Positions 13,723 through 27,537 of a stretch of 64,000 nt of DNA are shown one piece after another. Source of the stretch: Camelus ferus. Taxonomy: Eukaryota. A model generated the notes under the pieces. That model did no database searches, was not told where the DNA came from, and saw only the letters and a list, made by a program, of their open reading frames with translations. The stretch is taken from NCBI RefSeq assembly GCF_009834535.1, contig NC_045696.1:121956001-122020000 (forward strand). The letters run 5' to 3'. Every line of letters starts with the position of its first letter. Within the stretch, counting starts at the first letter, position 1. The position numbers and the translations under genes are program-made.

Positions 13723-15023
13723 AAAGTCAAAAGGTGGAGGCAAAATCAGGGAAACAAGTATGTCAGTTTGTCAGTTATGGCATGAGTCTCAGAACCTTGA
13801 CATCCTAACGGCCAGTGACCCTGACTGCTGCAGAAGCCTCAGGCTTTCTGGAGTAGTTCACAGCACTCTGCCAAGTGCTGTAGACACACTCGGTTTTCAG
13901 AGCCAAGAATTAAAGAAAAAAGGATGTTCACCTCAATCAGTGAGTGTTTAGGTCATTCAAGGTTTCACCACGTAAGGTAATCTTTTAATATACTTTTTTT
14001 CACTGTTAATAATATCATGTATCTGAATTATATCATATCATGTGAAACTTTTTTTTTATTGAAGTAAAGACAGTTTACAATGCTGTGTTAATCTGGTGTA
14101 CAGCGAAATAGTTAAGTCATACATATACTATTTTTGATCAACAAAGCAGACTGGTGGTCACAGGAGGTTTGTTTCCTCTAAAACCTACGAACGATTTTTT
14201 ACCTTCAGAACTGGTTTCATGAAATATTACTCATGTTTTTAAGATTCAGTGCTGCTGAGCACAAGAAAGCAGATTTTATATTCTTCGTTGGGGGGGGGGT
14301 CACTTTCTTAACTCCAAAGGAAAAAACTTTCTGTAGATCTATGAAAATATCTGGCCTATTTATCAGAGTTTTTATGTTCTGTTCAATTTAGCTGTTTTAC
14401 CTATGATGAAGCTTAGCTGTTAGAGCTTAGCTGTAGCTCAGCCAAATAATAGAGCTAAGAATTTCCTCATATTTAGAAACTTTTAAATGTTTCCAATATT
14501 ATTTGCTGATCTTTCAGAATTTTCCCCCAGAATCTGAATATTGATTTAGATGAGATTGGAGTCAGTTTACAAAAATCCTGTTATCTGAATTTTTATGTTA
14601 AAATGAAACCAAATTATAATTACTTCTTTGCAAGACTCCATATCATCTTATCTACGTTAGGCCACAAATCATCCTAATTGGGGTTTTCTTTTTGTTTTTT
14701 ACCTTCTTGTAATACACTATGTCTTAAGCCTCTTGGTTCTCCCCTTCCCTATAGTTCATGATCAACTCTGCTGTCTTATCCTTTTCCCCACCTCTAAGAG
14801 TGGCATGCCCTAGCACCTTGTCCTTGAAACTGTATTCCATCCACTTCAAACCCTAAGGAACCTCATTCCTTTTAATAGCTTTCTATAACTTACTAACTCC
14901 TGATTTTGAGCTGTGAAGCCCTGTTTGGGAGATTGAGGCTTTGTCAACCTTGATGTTTAACATAAACTCCATCACATATTTGACCAGTGACTAGCTGTTC
15001 TGTGGTTGTTTGATGTTTTGCAG

Positions 15024-15188
15024 GAAAAGCCCTTCTGTTGCGGTGGGGGACCACAGTGAAAATACATCATCTGAGGACACCAATCATACTGTGCTGATTC
15101 ATGGCCCCATAGAGCTTGTAAGAGGCTGGAGGAGGCAGAAGGGGCAACTCGTCCCAAACAGTGATACATTGCTTACATCTAAAGTCAA
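15024..15188 (+). pseudogene. ARHGAP20: ARHGAP20-like exon A (165 nt, open, phase 2-2)
   Basis: ttttgcag|G...GTCAA|gtatgc; KSPSVAVGDHSENTSSEDTNHTVLIHGPIELVRGWRRQKGQLVPNSDTLLTSKVK vs human DSPSASVDTCTFLSSLVCSNRTLLIDGRAELKRGLQRQERHLFLFNDLFVVAKIK. Confidence 0.85.
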
Positions 15189-17364
15189 GTATGCATACCC
15201 TACGCTCTTTTGATTATCATAAAGTTGCATGTCCACTAACCCTTACTGTAAGAAAATGTGACAGGCAGGGTCTCTCTTGTCTGGGGCTTTCAGACAGATG
15301 ATAAAAGTAAGAGAGGGGGAAACTACAGATCATTATCAGTGCTTCTAATACAAGGTAGACAGGACACCATGTAAAGAAGATGACAGGCTGCTATTACAGA
15401 GGAGATGTCTAGCAGGGCTGCTCAAAGTGGCAGCCTTTAAACTGCACCTATGGGACGAGCAGCAGCCACCATTCCCAGACAAGGTGTCTGTGCCTTATAG
15501 GCTGAGGGACAGCAGGCCTAGGTGGGTGCAGCTTGGCCTCTGGGAGGGAGGAGATCAATGAAGGCCAATGTGACTGGAGCCTACAGTGTGGGGCATATTA
15601 GATATGATACTGTGTTCAGGGGGCCCAGTCACATGGGGTCTCCACAGGCCATAAGAAGGGGCTGAAATACTATGCTGAGCCAGTATCACCAGCAGTCACC
15701 ATATCTGGTTTATATTAGAAAAATTTTCGGCATATGGGGAGACCTCTCTCCCTCCTCTAGAAGCCCACCAATCCTATTGGATTAGAATCTTACCCTGATG
15801 ACCTCATTTAACCTTAATTACATCCTAAATGCCCTGTCCCCAAATACAGCCATACTGTCAGTGAGGGCTTCAATGCATAAAACGGGGTGTTAGCGGGGAT
15901 GAGGGAGATGCAGTTCTGTAGGTGGTAATAACTAGCAGGACCGAATGCTGCCACCTTGTACAAGTTCTCACAATGATTTTTAGAAAACCACCTACAAGAT
16001 CACTCTCATATTAATATTTGAGTGTATTCATGATCATTGTTAATATGAAATAATTTACATTTTCCAGTAAGAAACTACAGCTAAACAAAATCCTCTTGAG
16101 CCGATAAACTTATTTCTCCCCTGCCATATCGCACTCTTAGATGGAGTATTGTGTTCTCTCCTGAATCAATCTGTTCAAATTAACAATCTCAGTTTGGCAC
16201 CAAGTTTTTCCACTTAGCCATAAGAACGGTGGGGGTGGGGGGACTGAGGGTCCATTCTGCCTCAGCTCACCTGGACTTCAGCTGGAAACTCACTCCTCTT
16301 CAGATTTATACTGCAGAAGCCAGCACAAATGGAACAGCTGACTAACTGCTACCTATGTATTTGGTCAGAATAGGTGAATTTCAGTTTGCATATAGTAATA
16401 AAGGGGACTTAAATGTTTATTTTTTCAGAGATATTTCTCCAGTTGTGTGAGATGCTAATATTCAGTGACAATTGTTTTGAGATTTTTGTCATTTTTCATA
16501 CTACATACATTAGAAACTTCTGTTCTCAAGAATTAAAGTCAGATAAAGTCTTCAATATCACTTTGATATTCACTGAAATGCTTAATAGTTTTTCCTAACA
16601 AAATTGTTATTTTATTTTTTAGAACAGGATCTACATTATAAACATTAACATATTAGTACTAGTAGAGTCCTATGAAGAACCTGTAAATGGGGACCTCATA
16701 TAGCACACACCATCTTTAGACATCACTGCTCAAATTTAGTTATTAAAGAATACAGAGACAATGAAAGACAAATTTTATTTAGGTCTAAAGATGAAGATTA
16801 CTGATAACTTATTGAAATGAAAGGTACTAATAGAATCTTTCATGATCCCAACTCCCAAGCATCTGAGGGAACACCCCTGTCTGAGAATAGGGGAATTTCT
16901 GCAGAATCTTACAAATTCCACAGCTCACTGGGACTCGCCCTCTGCTATAAAGGTTGAGGGGGAGGAAAGGGGAGGGGTTTCCATCTTGTTAACAGATTGT
17001 AATAAGGACACATGATGTAAACTGAAAGTTCAGTCCTCCTCTCCCTTTTCCTTGATCCACTTAACATTAGATTGATTCTCTAATTCCTACTGAGAAAATC
17101 TCAGAGTAGGTGACTGGGTATGAAGAAACACAGTGAGACTCTAGGAGAATCCCCTGGAAGATAAAGTTTTATTGTGATATTTTAAATATTTCTACACTAA
17201 CATCTGCCTTTTTGATACGATGTCATGAGATTTATCATCTCACTCCCCAAGTGAAAGAACAGTCCCATCAGAAAGCCTGGTGGCTCTAGGGAAAAAGCAG
17301 GAAAGAGGAGGTGGGTACTTCAGGGAACTATAGGTCAACACCCGTGGACGCCAAGTGGTTGTTA

Positions 17365-17562
17365 GCACAGACTCATGAGTTACACAGTCTGGGTTCAAAT
17401 CCATTTTTTGTTGCTCCTGGCAATTTGTTTAGCCTCTCTGTGAGTTTCCTCACCCATAAAATGAGGCTAATAATGACTATATGATGTAGTCATTTGGCAT
17501 AGAAATAAAATAATGTTTATAAAATATTTAGAACAATGCTTGGCATATGGTAAGTGCTCAGT
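17365..17562. mobile_element. MIR SINE
   Basis: ctgggttcaaatcc...agcctctctgtgagtttcctcacccataaaatgagg...tagaacaatgcttggcatatggtaagtgctca. Confidence 0.8.
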
Positions 17563-19056
17563 GTTACAGAAGAGTGGAAACCCTGCTCTAGGTTTTCAGA
17601 TAATTTCTTGGTTTAGTTTCAAGGGAGTGCATAATCTTGGCACTTCATTGAACTAAGGAGAGAATTCCTGAAACGACCTTTTCTAGGTCTGTCTGAAAGT
17701 TTCTACACAGTACCTCAAGTGTCTATACACAGACACCTACATCAGAAAAAAAAAAAGTGTAAAATCTAGCAGATATATGTGTCTATAATTCCCACTGGCC
17801 ACATACTTTAAGCTTGATAATGCCTTTACAGTCACTGTCTAGAAAAATAATTTTATCTGATGGTGTTTCATAAAAACTTTCAAATACACAGACATAGGGT
17901 AAAACTGATAAAACGGAATGCAGCAAAAGCCCATCCTGTATCAGAAGATAAGTTTCCATCATATTTATACTCATGGTGCCCTGAGCTTTGAATCTAGACC
18001 TTTCATTATTTTCATTCCATAAACCCCACTGAAGAGGTGTTTCTTAACTGTTCCATGAATCAGTGGAGCCATTGGAATGTCTGCACATGTGCTGTCTCTG
18101 ATCTCATTTAACCTTGAGTGTTTCTACACATGGTTCTGAATAGCAGGGCTTTCCAGAGCGCTGTGCCCAAGTTCCCTAGGCATCCTTCATAGGGCGTGTA
18201 GCTGTGATTAAATCCTAGGCCTACATGAGCACTTCATGCGTGAGTTAACCAAGAGATACAGTGTTTCATGTTAGAAGTCAAAAGAGAATAGGCCGAAACA
18301 GTCAGAAAGCAATTTCACTGGTGATACTCACCTTCTGACTCCTCAGAGGTAAATGCAAAATACGTCCTTCACTTACATAGAAGACATCCTGGCCACTGGT
18401 CTGGGATTGATTGTTTCATTGATTTTTAAGTTGGGTTTAGTATGTATGCTAAGTTTTTCTGCTTTAGATAGACTTTAAGAGAAAATGTTACAGACAAAAT
18501 CTAAGGAAAGGAAATTTAAAATAACCTATGCTTTAAAAGCTAGAAAATCTTAAAAATTAACGTAAAAAATATATTCTAAATGTTTTTCTCTGTTAAAAAA
18601 ATTGCATAACTATTTTTACAAATCATGTATCATGTAACTTTGTTCAGTCCCTCCAATGTTTTTTGAAGCAAGACATGAATGAATAATAAATTACAATAAT
18701 TACAAAAATTACATATGTAATATATAATATCAAATGTAAGAATAAACGATTTAATGGTTCTCTGGTAAATCTCTAAAATATAAACCATGGTCCATTCTCA
18801 TTTCTCATCATTCAGAAAACGCCTATTTGCTACCATCATGGAAGTGTTTTCAGGGCCTTCCTGGACTACCCTCTGCTTAACACACATTTGGGAAAGGCCT
18901 ACCTAACCACTCCCTGTGCTGTGCACAGAGGGTAATAGAGTTGAAGAAGCCATGCTTTGCCTGGAGTAGTGAGAACTAGCATTTTACCAAGAACACAGTG
19001 GCCTCATTACATTTAAGAAACAAACTAACAGAAGTCTTGTCTGGTTATCTTTGCAG

Positions 19057-19203
19057 GTATAAAAAGAACTTCAATATAAAATATAAAATCCCACTGAACA
19101 CCGTGTGGACTGCCAACTGTACAGACAGAAGCAGGGGAAGCCATCAATGCATGCAAGTCCTTTGCTTGGGCTGGCCCACGGTGAACTTCGTGGCCACCTT
19201 TAT
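19057..19203 (+). pseudogene. ARHGAP20: ARHGAP20-like exon B (147 nt, open, internal compensated frameshift)
   Basis: ctttgcag|G...TTTAT|gtaaga; YKKNFNIKYKIPLNTVWTANC...LGWPTVNFVATF vs human YNNNFKIKNKIKLTDMWTASC...LGWPTVNFVATF. Confidence 0.95.
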
Positions 19204-20539
19204 GTAAGACCTACAGCTTGGTCCTGATATTACATGAGTTATAAAGGGAAACATTTAAATTGGATTATATACTAAGTCAGTGACTCACTTTCTGACCTCC
19301 CATAATGACACTTGTATGCCTTGTACTCTCCCCCCAAAAAGGTTTCTATGTGCAATTGATGATAAATAGGGGTAACTATTGGAGGACTGTCCTTTAGTTT
19401 TGATCAGCGGTTTTTCAAATGGGCTATAGGAGCCACCTGGGGAGTTGGATCTTCATGAGTTCATGGTGTTCGTGTAAGTGGAAAGAGGATCACGAGATCA
19501 GGTCTCCAGGGCCCCTCTCTAACAGCCTGCCCCCGATGCCCGGGGAGTATGTGTTTCTCAATCCCTGGAATATCTTTCTTGTGCAAGTACTATTAAGTAG
19601 TCCAGTTACATTTGAAATGTTGCCTTTACACTGCCAAGTTAATTCCTTTGAAGACAGGATTTACTTACAGAAATAAAGTGAATTATGCCATCAAATATTA
19701 GGCTTTCTGAGTTGCTGTGTACAGATTATCTTACCTGGTGTCTGTAGACAGGTGATCATCTTAAAACAAAGATATGAGTCCATGGAGTGCAGGTCAGTTT
19801 TCCATGAAACATTCTTGGTTGGAGTGAGGATGGGGAACGTGGCCATCCTGAGTCGACACTCCCGGGTTCACCGGGGTCATGCAACTTTCACATCTGCCAC
19901 CTGGAACAACCACAGCCCAAGTCACGTTCTTCTTATGCACATCTAGTATGCATAGCACGCACTCAACTCTTTTCTTGTCCTTCTCACCCTATGCTACCAA
20001 AATCTCATGTATCATCATAAAGACAATTAAAATGTTGCTGAGTCATTAATTTATAAAATTCTAGAGTGCAGCTGTTGACTTAAGGAAAATTTTCAAAGCT
20101 TTTTGGGAAGAACCATGTATTTGTCTCATTCTCTACATATTTTCTTTCTATGAATTATTTCTCTAAAGATTAACAGTTGCTATTGTTTAGTATCTTTTCC
20201 AAGTTGCAGGTGAAAGGAAGCACTTTCATTTGGGAATATACAAAGGTTTTGATAAGGGAGTGTCCAAGAGACATTTTTCCTAGTGACGGGGGAAATGTAG
20301 AAGCCACGTTTACATGTTATACTGGTTCAAAGGCTGCATAAATACATATAAGGCAGTAACAACACCTGGCACCGAGGGCCTTGGCTATTTGCTGTTTTAC
20401 TCTTCTGCAGATTGGCCTGAGTAATTAGAGGCTGTGTCCATGGACATAGGCAGGGTGGGGAGCTAAGAGGGCATTCTTTCCTGATGAATTGGGTACTGAT
20501 GTGGTGACGGGGAAGGCAAGTGCAGTGTTGCTGGTAGGA

Positions 20540-20643
20540 AGATAAAATGTGGCAGCCCGTGCAGAACAGTCAAGAGAAATAAAAACATACATCCACACAA
20601 AAATTTATACAGAATGTTCATAGCAGTATTATCCATAGTAGCC

Positions 20644-20675
<32 letters not shown>

Positions 20676-20908
20676 GAAACAACCTAAGTATTTATCAGCT
20701 GAGGAATGGATAAACAAAAGGTGGTATAGAGGCTGAGGATGGGGGTGGAATGGGGAGTGGGTGTTTAATGGACACAGAGTTTCTGCTTCTGGGTGATGAA
20801 AACATTCCAGAACTAGATAATGGTGATGGTCGCACAACATTGTCAAAGTACTGAAGGTCGCTAATGGTCAATGTGATGCTATGTGTAATTTACCACAATA
20901 AATAAAAC
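20540..20908 (+). mobile_element. Old L1 (L1MB-like) 3' fragment
   Basis: aatgttcatagcagtattatccatagtagcc...tggtgatggtcgcacaacattg...ttaccacaataaataaaa. Confidence 0.75.
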
Positions 20909-21595
20909 CCTAGTAAGTGGTAAATCCGTGTATGAATGAATGTTAAAGCATTTTCAGCTTTGGGTATTAAATGCTGTGGAAAGTTTAGCAGATACAATAA
21001 TAACCTTTAATAATTTAGCAGTAGCTGGATTGATCTTAATCAAAGGATTATAGTAATGAACTGATTTAATTTATTATAATTTGCTATATGCTAATACACA
21101 TAAAGTAATACAACATTGTAGGTTTTTTTTTCATAAAAAGATACTCTTGGTTTAGGGACAAGAGAATTCCATTCAAATGCCAATTCCTACATATGATTTA
21201 ACTCAAATATTAATGTTCTTTATCTGCAAATAGCACCTCCAGCTCCATGAACACTCTTGAGGTATGATTAACCCTTTTTCAGTTTTGAAACTTGAAGCTC
21301 AGAGTGGTTAAGTGACTTGCCCATGATTACACAGCTTGCATCATATAGAGCTGCAGTTAGGTGTTTAAATTCCAAGCCAACTGCTCTTCCACTTCAAGAC
21401 CTGCTTCCCATAGCTGTAATACTGCTTATGAGAGCGGGGTCCATCACAAGCCCAGTTATGAGAAGGGTATAACTTACACACGTGTTCACATCAGTAACAA
21501 CTGTGTGCTGATACTTGTATCTGGAACAGTGTTTAATATATTAGTTTAAGTATATTATGTAGTTTAATTTTTTCTCCTAATCTTTAGTATTGCAG

Positions 21596-21637
21596 TTCTT
21601 CAAAATGAAAGGAAAAATGGCACTCGTTACTTCAAAG
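21596..21637 (+). pseudogene. ARHGAP20: ARHGAP20-like exon C (42 nt) with in-frame TGA
   Basis: ttgcag|T TCT TCA AAA TGA AAG GAA AAA TGG CAC TCG TTA CTT CAA AG|gtattt = SSK*KEKWHSLLQR vs human SPEQKDKWLSLLQR; stop at 21606-21608. Confidence 0.9.
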
Positions 21638-22281
21638 GTATTTTGTCAGTGTACGTATTTCAAAATTTTAATCCATGATAAGAGTACAAATCTCTTCAAG
21701 GCAGTGCCCCCCACACTTTTCTTCCTCTCCTTGGTGGGAACTGACAGACTACCCTCAAACAACTTAAGATTTACCCTGGCTGCTACTGCAACTATGGTCT
21801 CTTGTTTACATGTAGTTCTGGTTATTTTTGCTTTTCCTGGATATCACTCTCCTCTTCCCCTTCTCTCCACCATAATGCTTAAAGCTAACATGATTCTCAA
21901 AATATATATTAAACGTCCGTGAAGTGCAGGTTACTTACTGTACGGAGTGATTCTCAGAGCAACTGCTCCTTCCTCCCTGGGAACCCAGGAAGGTGCTGGG
22001 CCCTCCAATCTAGGCAGGAGAAGCTTTGAGGACTGGACCTGCTGCCCTAATCTTACATGACAAGGCAACCTGTTATTTTCTGGGTCATGTCTTATTTTCC
22101 TGAAATATTTCTGCATATTTTCTCCCAGCCCCTGATTTGATTTTACTGAGTCTATTCATATGTTTTTAAAAATATAAGTATATTTAAAGTATATTTAAAA
22201 CATTAGCAACATACATTGATTTGAAATAAGCTAATAGCTAATTCATTGACTTCACTTTGGGTTATTATTGGATTCGATTAA

Positions 22282-22366
22282 GTACATCAATCTAGCCAAA
22301 GAGAAGGACCAGCCAAAATGCATCCCCCTCAAAATCTGCACTGAGGACATCAAAGACTGTGCCTGT
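22282..22366 (+). pseudogene. ARHGAP20: ARHGAP20-like exon D (85 nt), in-frame acceptor lost
   Basis: YINLAKEKDQPKCIPLKICTEDIKDCAC vs human YINLEKEKDYPKSIPLKIFAKDIGNCAY; preceded by ttaa rather than yag at the in-frame position; donor gtaaat. Confidence 0.92.
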
Positions 22367-23431
22367 GTAAATTAAATTCCAGGATCCTGACTTAGCAAAA
22401 TGAAACTGATAGAAAGAGAAGATGAGGGGAGTGGAAGGGAGAAAGGAAGGGAGGGGAAGGAGAGAGTATTTAGAAAGTACTACGTGGGAGCATGTATTTT
22501 CCTGGAAAAAAATGTGTCTTTGCATCTATAAAAAGTGAATCCTAGGCAAAATGAAGCAAGAAGAACCCACCACAGCGACAGCACTTAAGCATGGAAAGAA
22601 AGTGCCTGTAAAGTGTCTGTACTATGTCTCTGGATCCTTCTAATAACAGTTATACTGGGTTGTAATAAAGAGGTTTTCACAGGCAGGCATTTCCTATTGG
22701 AATTAAACTTTTTTTTCTAACTGTACCACTACTTACGTACATTGTGATTTGTGTTGTTTCCAGTTTTTTTTTTTTCCTGTGATGTTTTATTTGGAATAAC
22801 TGCAAACTTGCAGAAAAGTCAAAAAAAAAAAATAAAAATAATACAAAGATCACCCATTTATCCTTTACCTAGGGTCACCTATTTAGTAACATTTTGCCTT
22901 ATTTCTTGCTGTCCCCTCCATTACTCTGTGTGTGTGTGTCTAACATTTTTGAGAGTCACGTATACACCATGGCCCTTTATCCTAAAACACTTAAATGTGT
23001 CTTAAGAATAAGGATATTCTTTCATATAACCACCAGACATCTATGACTTTCAGCAAATTTAACACTGACCATTCATGTCCCCACTGTGTCATTAACTGAA
23101 CCAGCTTTGAGGTGCTCAAAAATAGCCCATGTGCCCTCTGGGAATTCTCAGCCTCTCTTTCTAGCTTAAGCTGTCATATTTTGTGTGCAACAAATCCTTT
23201 AAAAGAAACACCTGTTTTACTGAAATGCTTTCTACTAGCTTCATGATATATAAAGAAATGAAAATAAATTGTAACTAGGGGGCTGTGCTCTACATGTGCT
23301 GTACTTTGTCCCTGCCTGAATACAAGCTTTGCCTTTAGAATATGGATAATTGACATTAATTATTTACTCACCTGTTTTAATTTTTTTAATTTAGAGCAAT
23401 GTTTCTCTCTCTCTCTCTTTTCTTTTTACAG

Positions 23432-23502
23432 TCTGTAACAATAATGAACTCACACACAGTGAATGATGTAATCAACATGCCACTCCAATGCTAGGAGTAA
23501 CT
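23432..23502 (+). pseudogene. ARHGAP20: ARHGAP20-like exon E (71 nt) with 1-nt frameshift
   Basis: tttttacag|TCT...ACT|gtaagt; SVTIMNSHTVNDVINMP/PMLGVT vs human SKTITVMNSDTANEVINMSLPMLGIT. Confidence 0.92.
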
Positions 23503-25137
23503 GTAAGTTACTTCCAAGTTTTTTTTGGTTAAAAACCAACTTTTATTTTTGAGATTCTTGAGTGTGTGTGTGTTCATGATGTACCTCCCATCGTGAGATG
23601 GCTGACTATTACAGATAGGTCACATTTTGTCTTCCTGAAATGAGAAATTGAAAGCAGCAAGCTAGATTATCAACCTATACAACAATATTATTCTTGTATT
23701 CCCATATAAATTTCTGAATGAATTGAAAGTGATAGCACAATGAATTCAGGCTGTAATTTTAGAGTGCTAATAACATTCTCTTTACTGTATACATTATACA
23801 AGAGACAACAAAATATTTATAAGATTCTAAATATTCCCTCCTCCATTGGACTGTTCTTTCTGTATCTTCTTCCTTGATACCTCCCATCCCATCCCCATTT
23901 ATGCTGATTGTCACCTGAGGACTCAATCTTGGCATGATAGATCCTAAATGAAGTGCTTTGCTGTAAATTTTGACATAAAACCACCTGGCTAGAAGCTACA
24001 TCCCATTGAGGCAGGTCCTGAGAACAAGATGACTAATGCCTCTTGCGAATTGGTAAAGGAGACAAGTTGTGAATAAGACCACGGATCTGGGGACATTTGT
24101 GTACACATCACTTCCATCTTGTTTTGCTTTCAAGTGTCTGCTCCTTTATGTTTTGCTAGACCTGCTGTGAGCTGTTGGAAAATTTATTGGCAAAAGAGGT
24201 GGCTATATTTGAGGATGAGGTTGTGCAACAGGAAGAAAAAGAAGGGAACTGACATTCAGATGGACAGAATTGAAGGAAACATAGCTGCTTATATAACATT
24301 CTCTGTAAATGGGAAAACATCCTGCTATTGTGACATGACAAAGATAGTACCTGCAACCAACACTATTTCAAACATTTTTTGCTTTACCTTCCCCTGGAGG
24401 ACTCTTTAAAATAATACAGCAGTCCTTGTAAATTAAACTTGTTTCAAATGAAATTTCCAGTATTTCTAGGCAGGGTTTCTGCTAGGAGAGTGTTTTCTGC
24501 ATCTCACTTGTTCTCTAGGTCAGAGTCCTTGTGTCTTGTCTCCCTGGCGCAGGGCTGGTCAGCACCAAAGCCACAGGGCTGATTTTACCCTGCCATCTCA
24601 AGGCCTCTTGTGTATTTCTTTCCTTTTGCTCACAGATGCTGAGTTAATGCTGCCTTTCAAGTTTTTCTTGCTGAAGAACAGTCTTGGCAAAGTATGTGGC
24701 TCTGGACAACATGCTTATCTGGGCAGGGACATTTAAAGGAAAAGCCAACATTCTCCAAGGAGTCTGGAGACAGCAGAAGGGAGGACTCCTGATATTAGAC
24801 ATTTCCTCCATAGAGAAGGGGCATTACCATGATTTTTTTATGCCATGGACCACCCACAAAGTAAAGGGGCTGTTTGCACTGTGGTTCCATAGATCCTCAG
24901 ACTTTATCAAAAGGGACAAGAATCTCAGATGGTCTGCTGGAGGCTGCAAGAAGGACCAGGAGTTATTACTGATATCAGCACTGTTAACTCAAAATCTGTA
25001 CCACTCCCCTGGATCAAAGAGCAGTCATATGGGTCCAAATTCTTTCTTTTTGGAAATACAGAAATGCTAAGGAAATGTGTTCTTCAAGTACCTACTGGGA
25101 AAGACATGCAGTGACACATACTCTTTTTGTCTCCAAG

Positions 25138-25204
25138 GGCTCTGAGACAGATGTCCAGCTGTGGGTCAGTTCTGGCAAGAATGAGACCTCATACCCACTC
25201 ATTG
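25138..25204 (+). pseudogene. ARHGAP20: ARHGAP20-like exon F (67 nt), donor mutated GT>GG
   Basis: ctccaag|GGC...ATTG|ggaagt; GSETDVQLWVSSGKNETSYPLI vs human GSERDYQLWVNSGKEEAPYPLI. Confidence 0.93.
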
Positions 25205-27537
25205 GGAAGTGTCAGGAAAAACCCAAGGTGGGCTGATTGCATAACAAATTGTAACCCTAAAGTCTCAAAGTAACAGTTAATCAGTTTTAGGCTTAAATAC
25301 CCATAAAAGTGAAAAGCTTGTGCAACAGTCATTCATACATTTATTCAATAATCCCAGGCACTAACTCTATCCCAGGCATGGATAACATCTCTTCATTCTG
25401 CAGCTTATGGTCTACTTGGGGAGAGAAATGTGAACTTTTCTTCTCTACTTTTATACTTGACAAACAGCTATCTTGAAAACGTTATTTATTTATTTACTTA
25501 TTTACTTAATTAAATAACCATGAAAACAACACAAATTGGAATATCTTTTCCTCACATTATTTTTCATATTTGTTTTAAAGTCCTCTGTTCCACTTCCTAA
25601 CCACTAAGTAGACTCTATTTTACAAGACCTTCTAAAATCCAGCCATACCTCTGAATCCAATATTTATTTAACACCTGTTTGTGCACAACACTTTTCTCAG
25701 CATCAGAAAGAAAATGAAACAATGACATCCAGACCCTTCAAGTCTTCACAGCCTAAACCACCTGTACTTTGCCGTTTCTCCGGCTGAGTTCATCAACACT
25801 GCTCTCAGGTTTTCTATACATAGATCACACTTCTAAAATAGTTATTACAGTAAATTAGCTAAAATACTGATACTTATTCTTGGATCAGCAAATCTGTGTG
25901 GGAAGCTCGGTGAAAACAGAGGGATTAAAACAAGGGTAAGGACAGGATTGGCAGCCGACCCCACAATACAGTAATGGGAACACTGACTTCTGCTGGAAAC
26001 CTCAGAGCATTCCCTCTTACATGCAGTATCTTTCTTTCTTTTTTAAAATCAATCCTACAATCCTATGGGGCTATTACTCTTTCTCAAGTGATCTGAAGAA
26101 CATTTTCAAGTGATCTGGAAAATCCAAACCACCAAGGTTTTTCTATGAAATGTATATTCCTTGTCTTAGAATACATGGGGGTCACCAAGTACATAGCTGA
26201 GGACAAAAGTCCCTCAACTACATCATGATTTTTTTTTAATGTTGACATCTTTGTAAATGTTAGTCAGCAATAAACTGAAAGAAAAAACACTGACCACTTA
26301 AGCATATTTATTTTAATAAAATGCATTAATTTAGTTATAATATTGTAGATGACAACTTCTAGCCTTAGAACGGCTTCACACACCACGGCTGCTCTAAGAA
26401 ACCCTAACAGCCCGTCATTCATGATGACACCTTAGCGGTCACTCTGCAGGCATTTTTTACATGCTCTGAATTCGCAATTGTGGACAAGCTCCTGGTTATC
26501 CTGGTCAGCTTATTGTCTTTTACTGCTGTCATGGAAACTTCCTTTGTATTAAAAGTTGTCAGTCACCATGATTTTTGTTCTGACCAGAGCACTGAAATTG
26601 CATTTGCCCCACATGAAAAGCAAAGGCAAGAGCTCCCCAAGTTATATTTAATAATCTGAACAAAAGACAAGAAACATTCATTCTTTTCTTAAAAAATGAA
26701 ACCCACATCAATGAATAGGGTCCTTAAGAATTCAATGGAGAGGAAGAAATGTAAGGCATGAATGAGCAAAACAAATCATTTGGCAAGTCCCAGTGATTTC
26801 CAGTGAAGTTTTCGGTTCTGTAAACACTGTTTGCACGTTGCTTCTGCGTTTCCAACACTGTGAAGCCTCATCTCTGCTCCTTCCCAGGCAGGGCCCCCTT
26901 GACGGGAAGGCAGCAGTGGGAGGGAAACACAGAGACAAACCACCTGCTGCTCTTGCATAGTGCTGACTATTGAACTGACAAAATGAGAAATCTGTTTGTC
27001 GAACTGACATGTGTCAGGCAATAGAGAACACAGCAATTCCTAACACACACAGTCCAATTTTGTAAAAAAGTATTAAGCACCAATGTTTATTAATATATTT
27101 ACTTTAGCCCTTATGAGTCTATGTGGGGGTAAGCATTTAAAAGGAGGGATGTAAGGCCAGCAACTTGCCTAAGATGTACAGATCTAGTGAGTCTGCCAAG
27201 GCAGAAACTAGGAGACCTCCGACACCCTCAGAGGGACACACAGGGGAGGTCAACGCTGTGCGAAGCACTGACGGAGCTGCACATTCCAAGCCAAGCACCA
27301 TGTCTGAGAACAGCTTTCTCTTTACTTTTCAAACTCTTCTGCTTGGTCACCTTGCTTTTGCAGGGTGTCCCTCATGACAGCGCACTTCACGCTCCTTTAG
27401 GAGGCACAGACTTCTTTATCCAGAAGCCCTAGAAGAACGGCAGCCACATCAGTTTGGTGCCCATGCTCATAGTAAGGTGGGTTTGATTACACCCATCAGC
27501 AGCAGCCTGAATCTATATTTAGTTTATCTGCACACAG

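Noticed and set aside
21590..21922. ORF frame QFFKMKGKMALVTSK
   Set aside because: Wrong frame; the homologous frame is the ARHGAP20-like exon C containing a stop.
24160..24252. Exon-like stretch after ttttgctag reading TCCELLENLLAKEVAIFEDEVVQQEEKEGN*
   Set aside because: It has no recognisable homology and does not fit the ARHGAP20 exon series it sits within; purine-rich chance is plausible.
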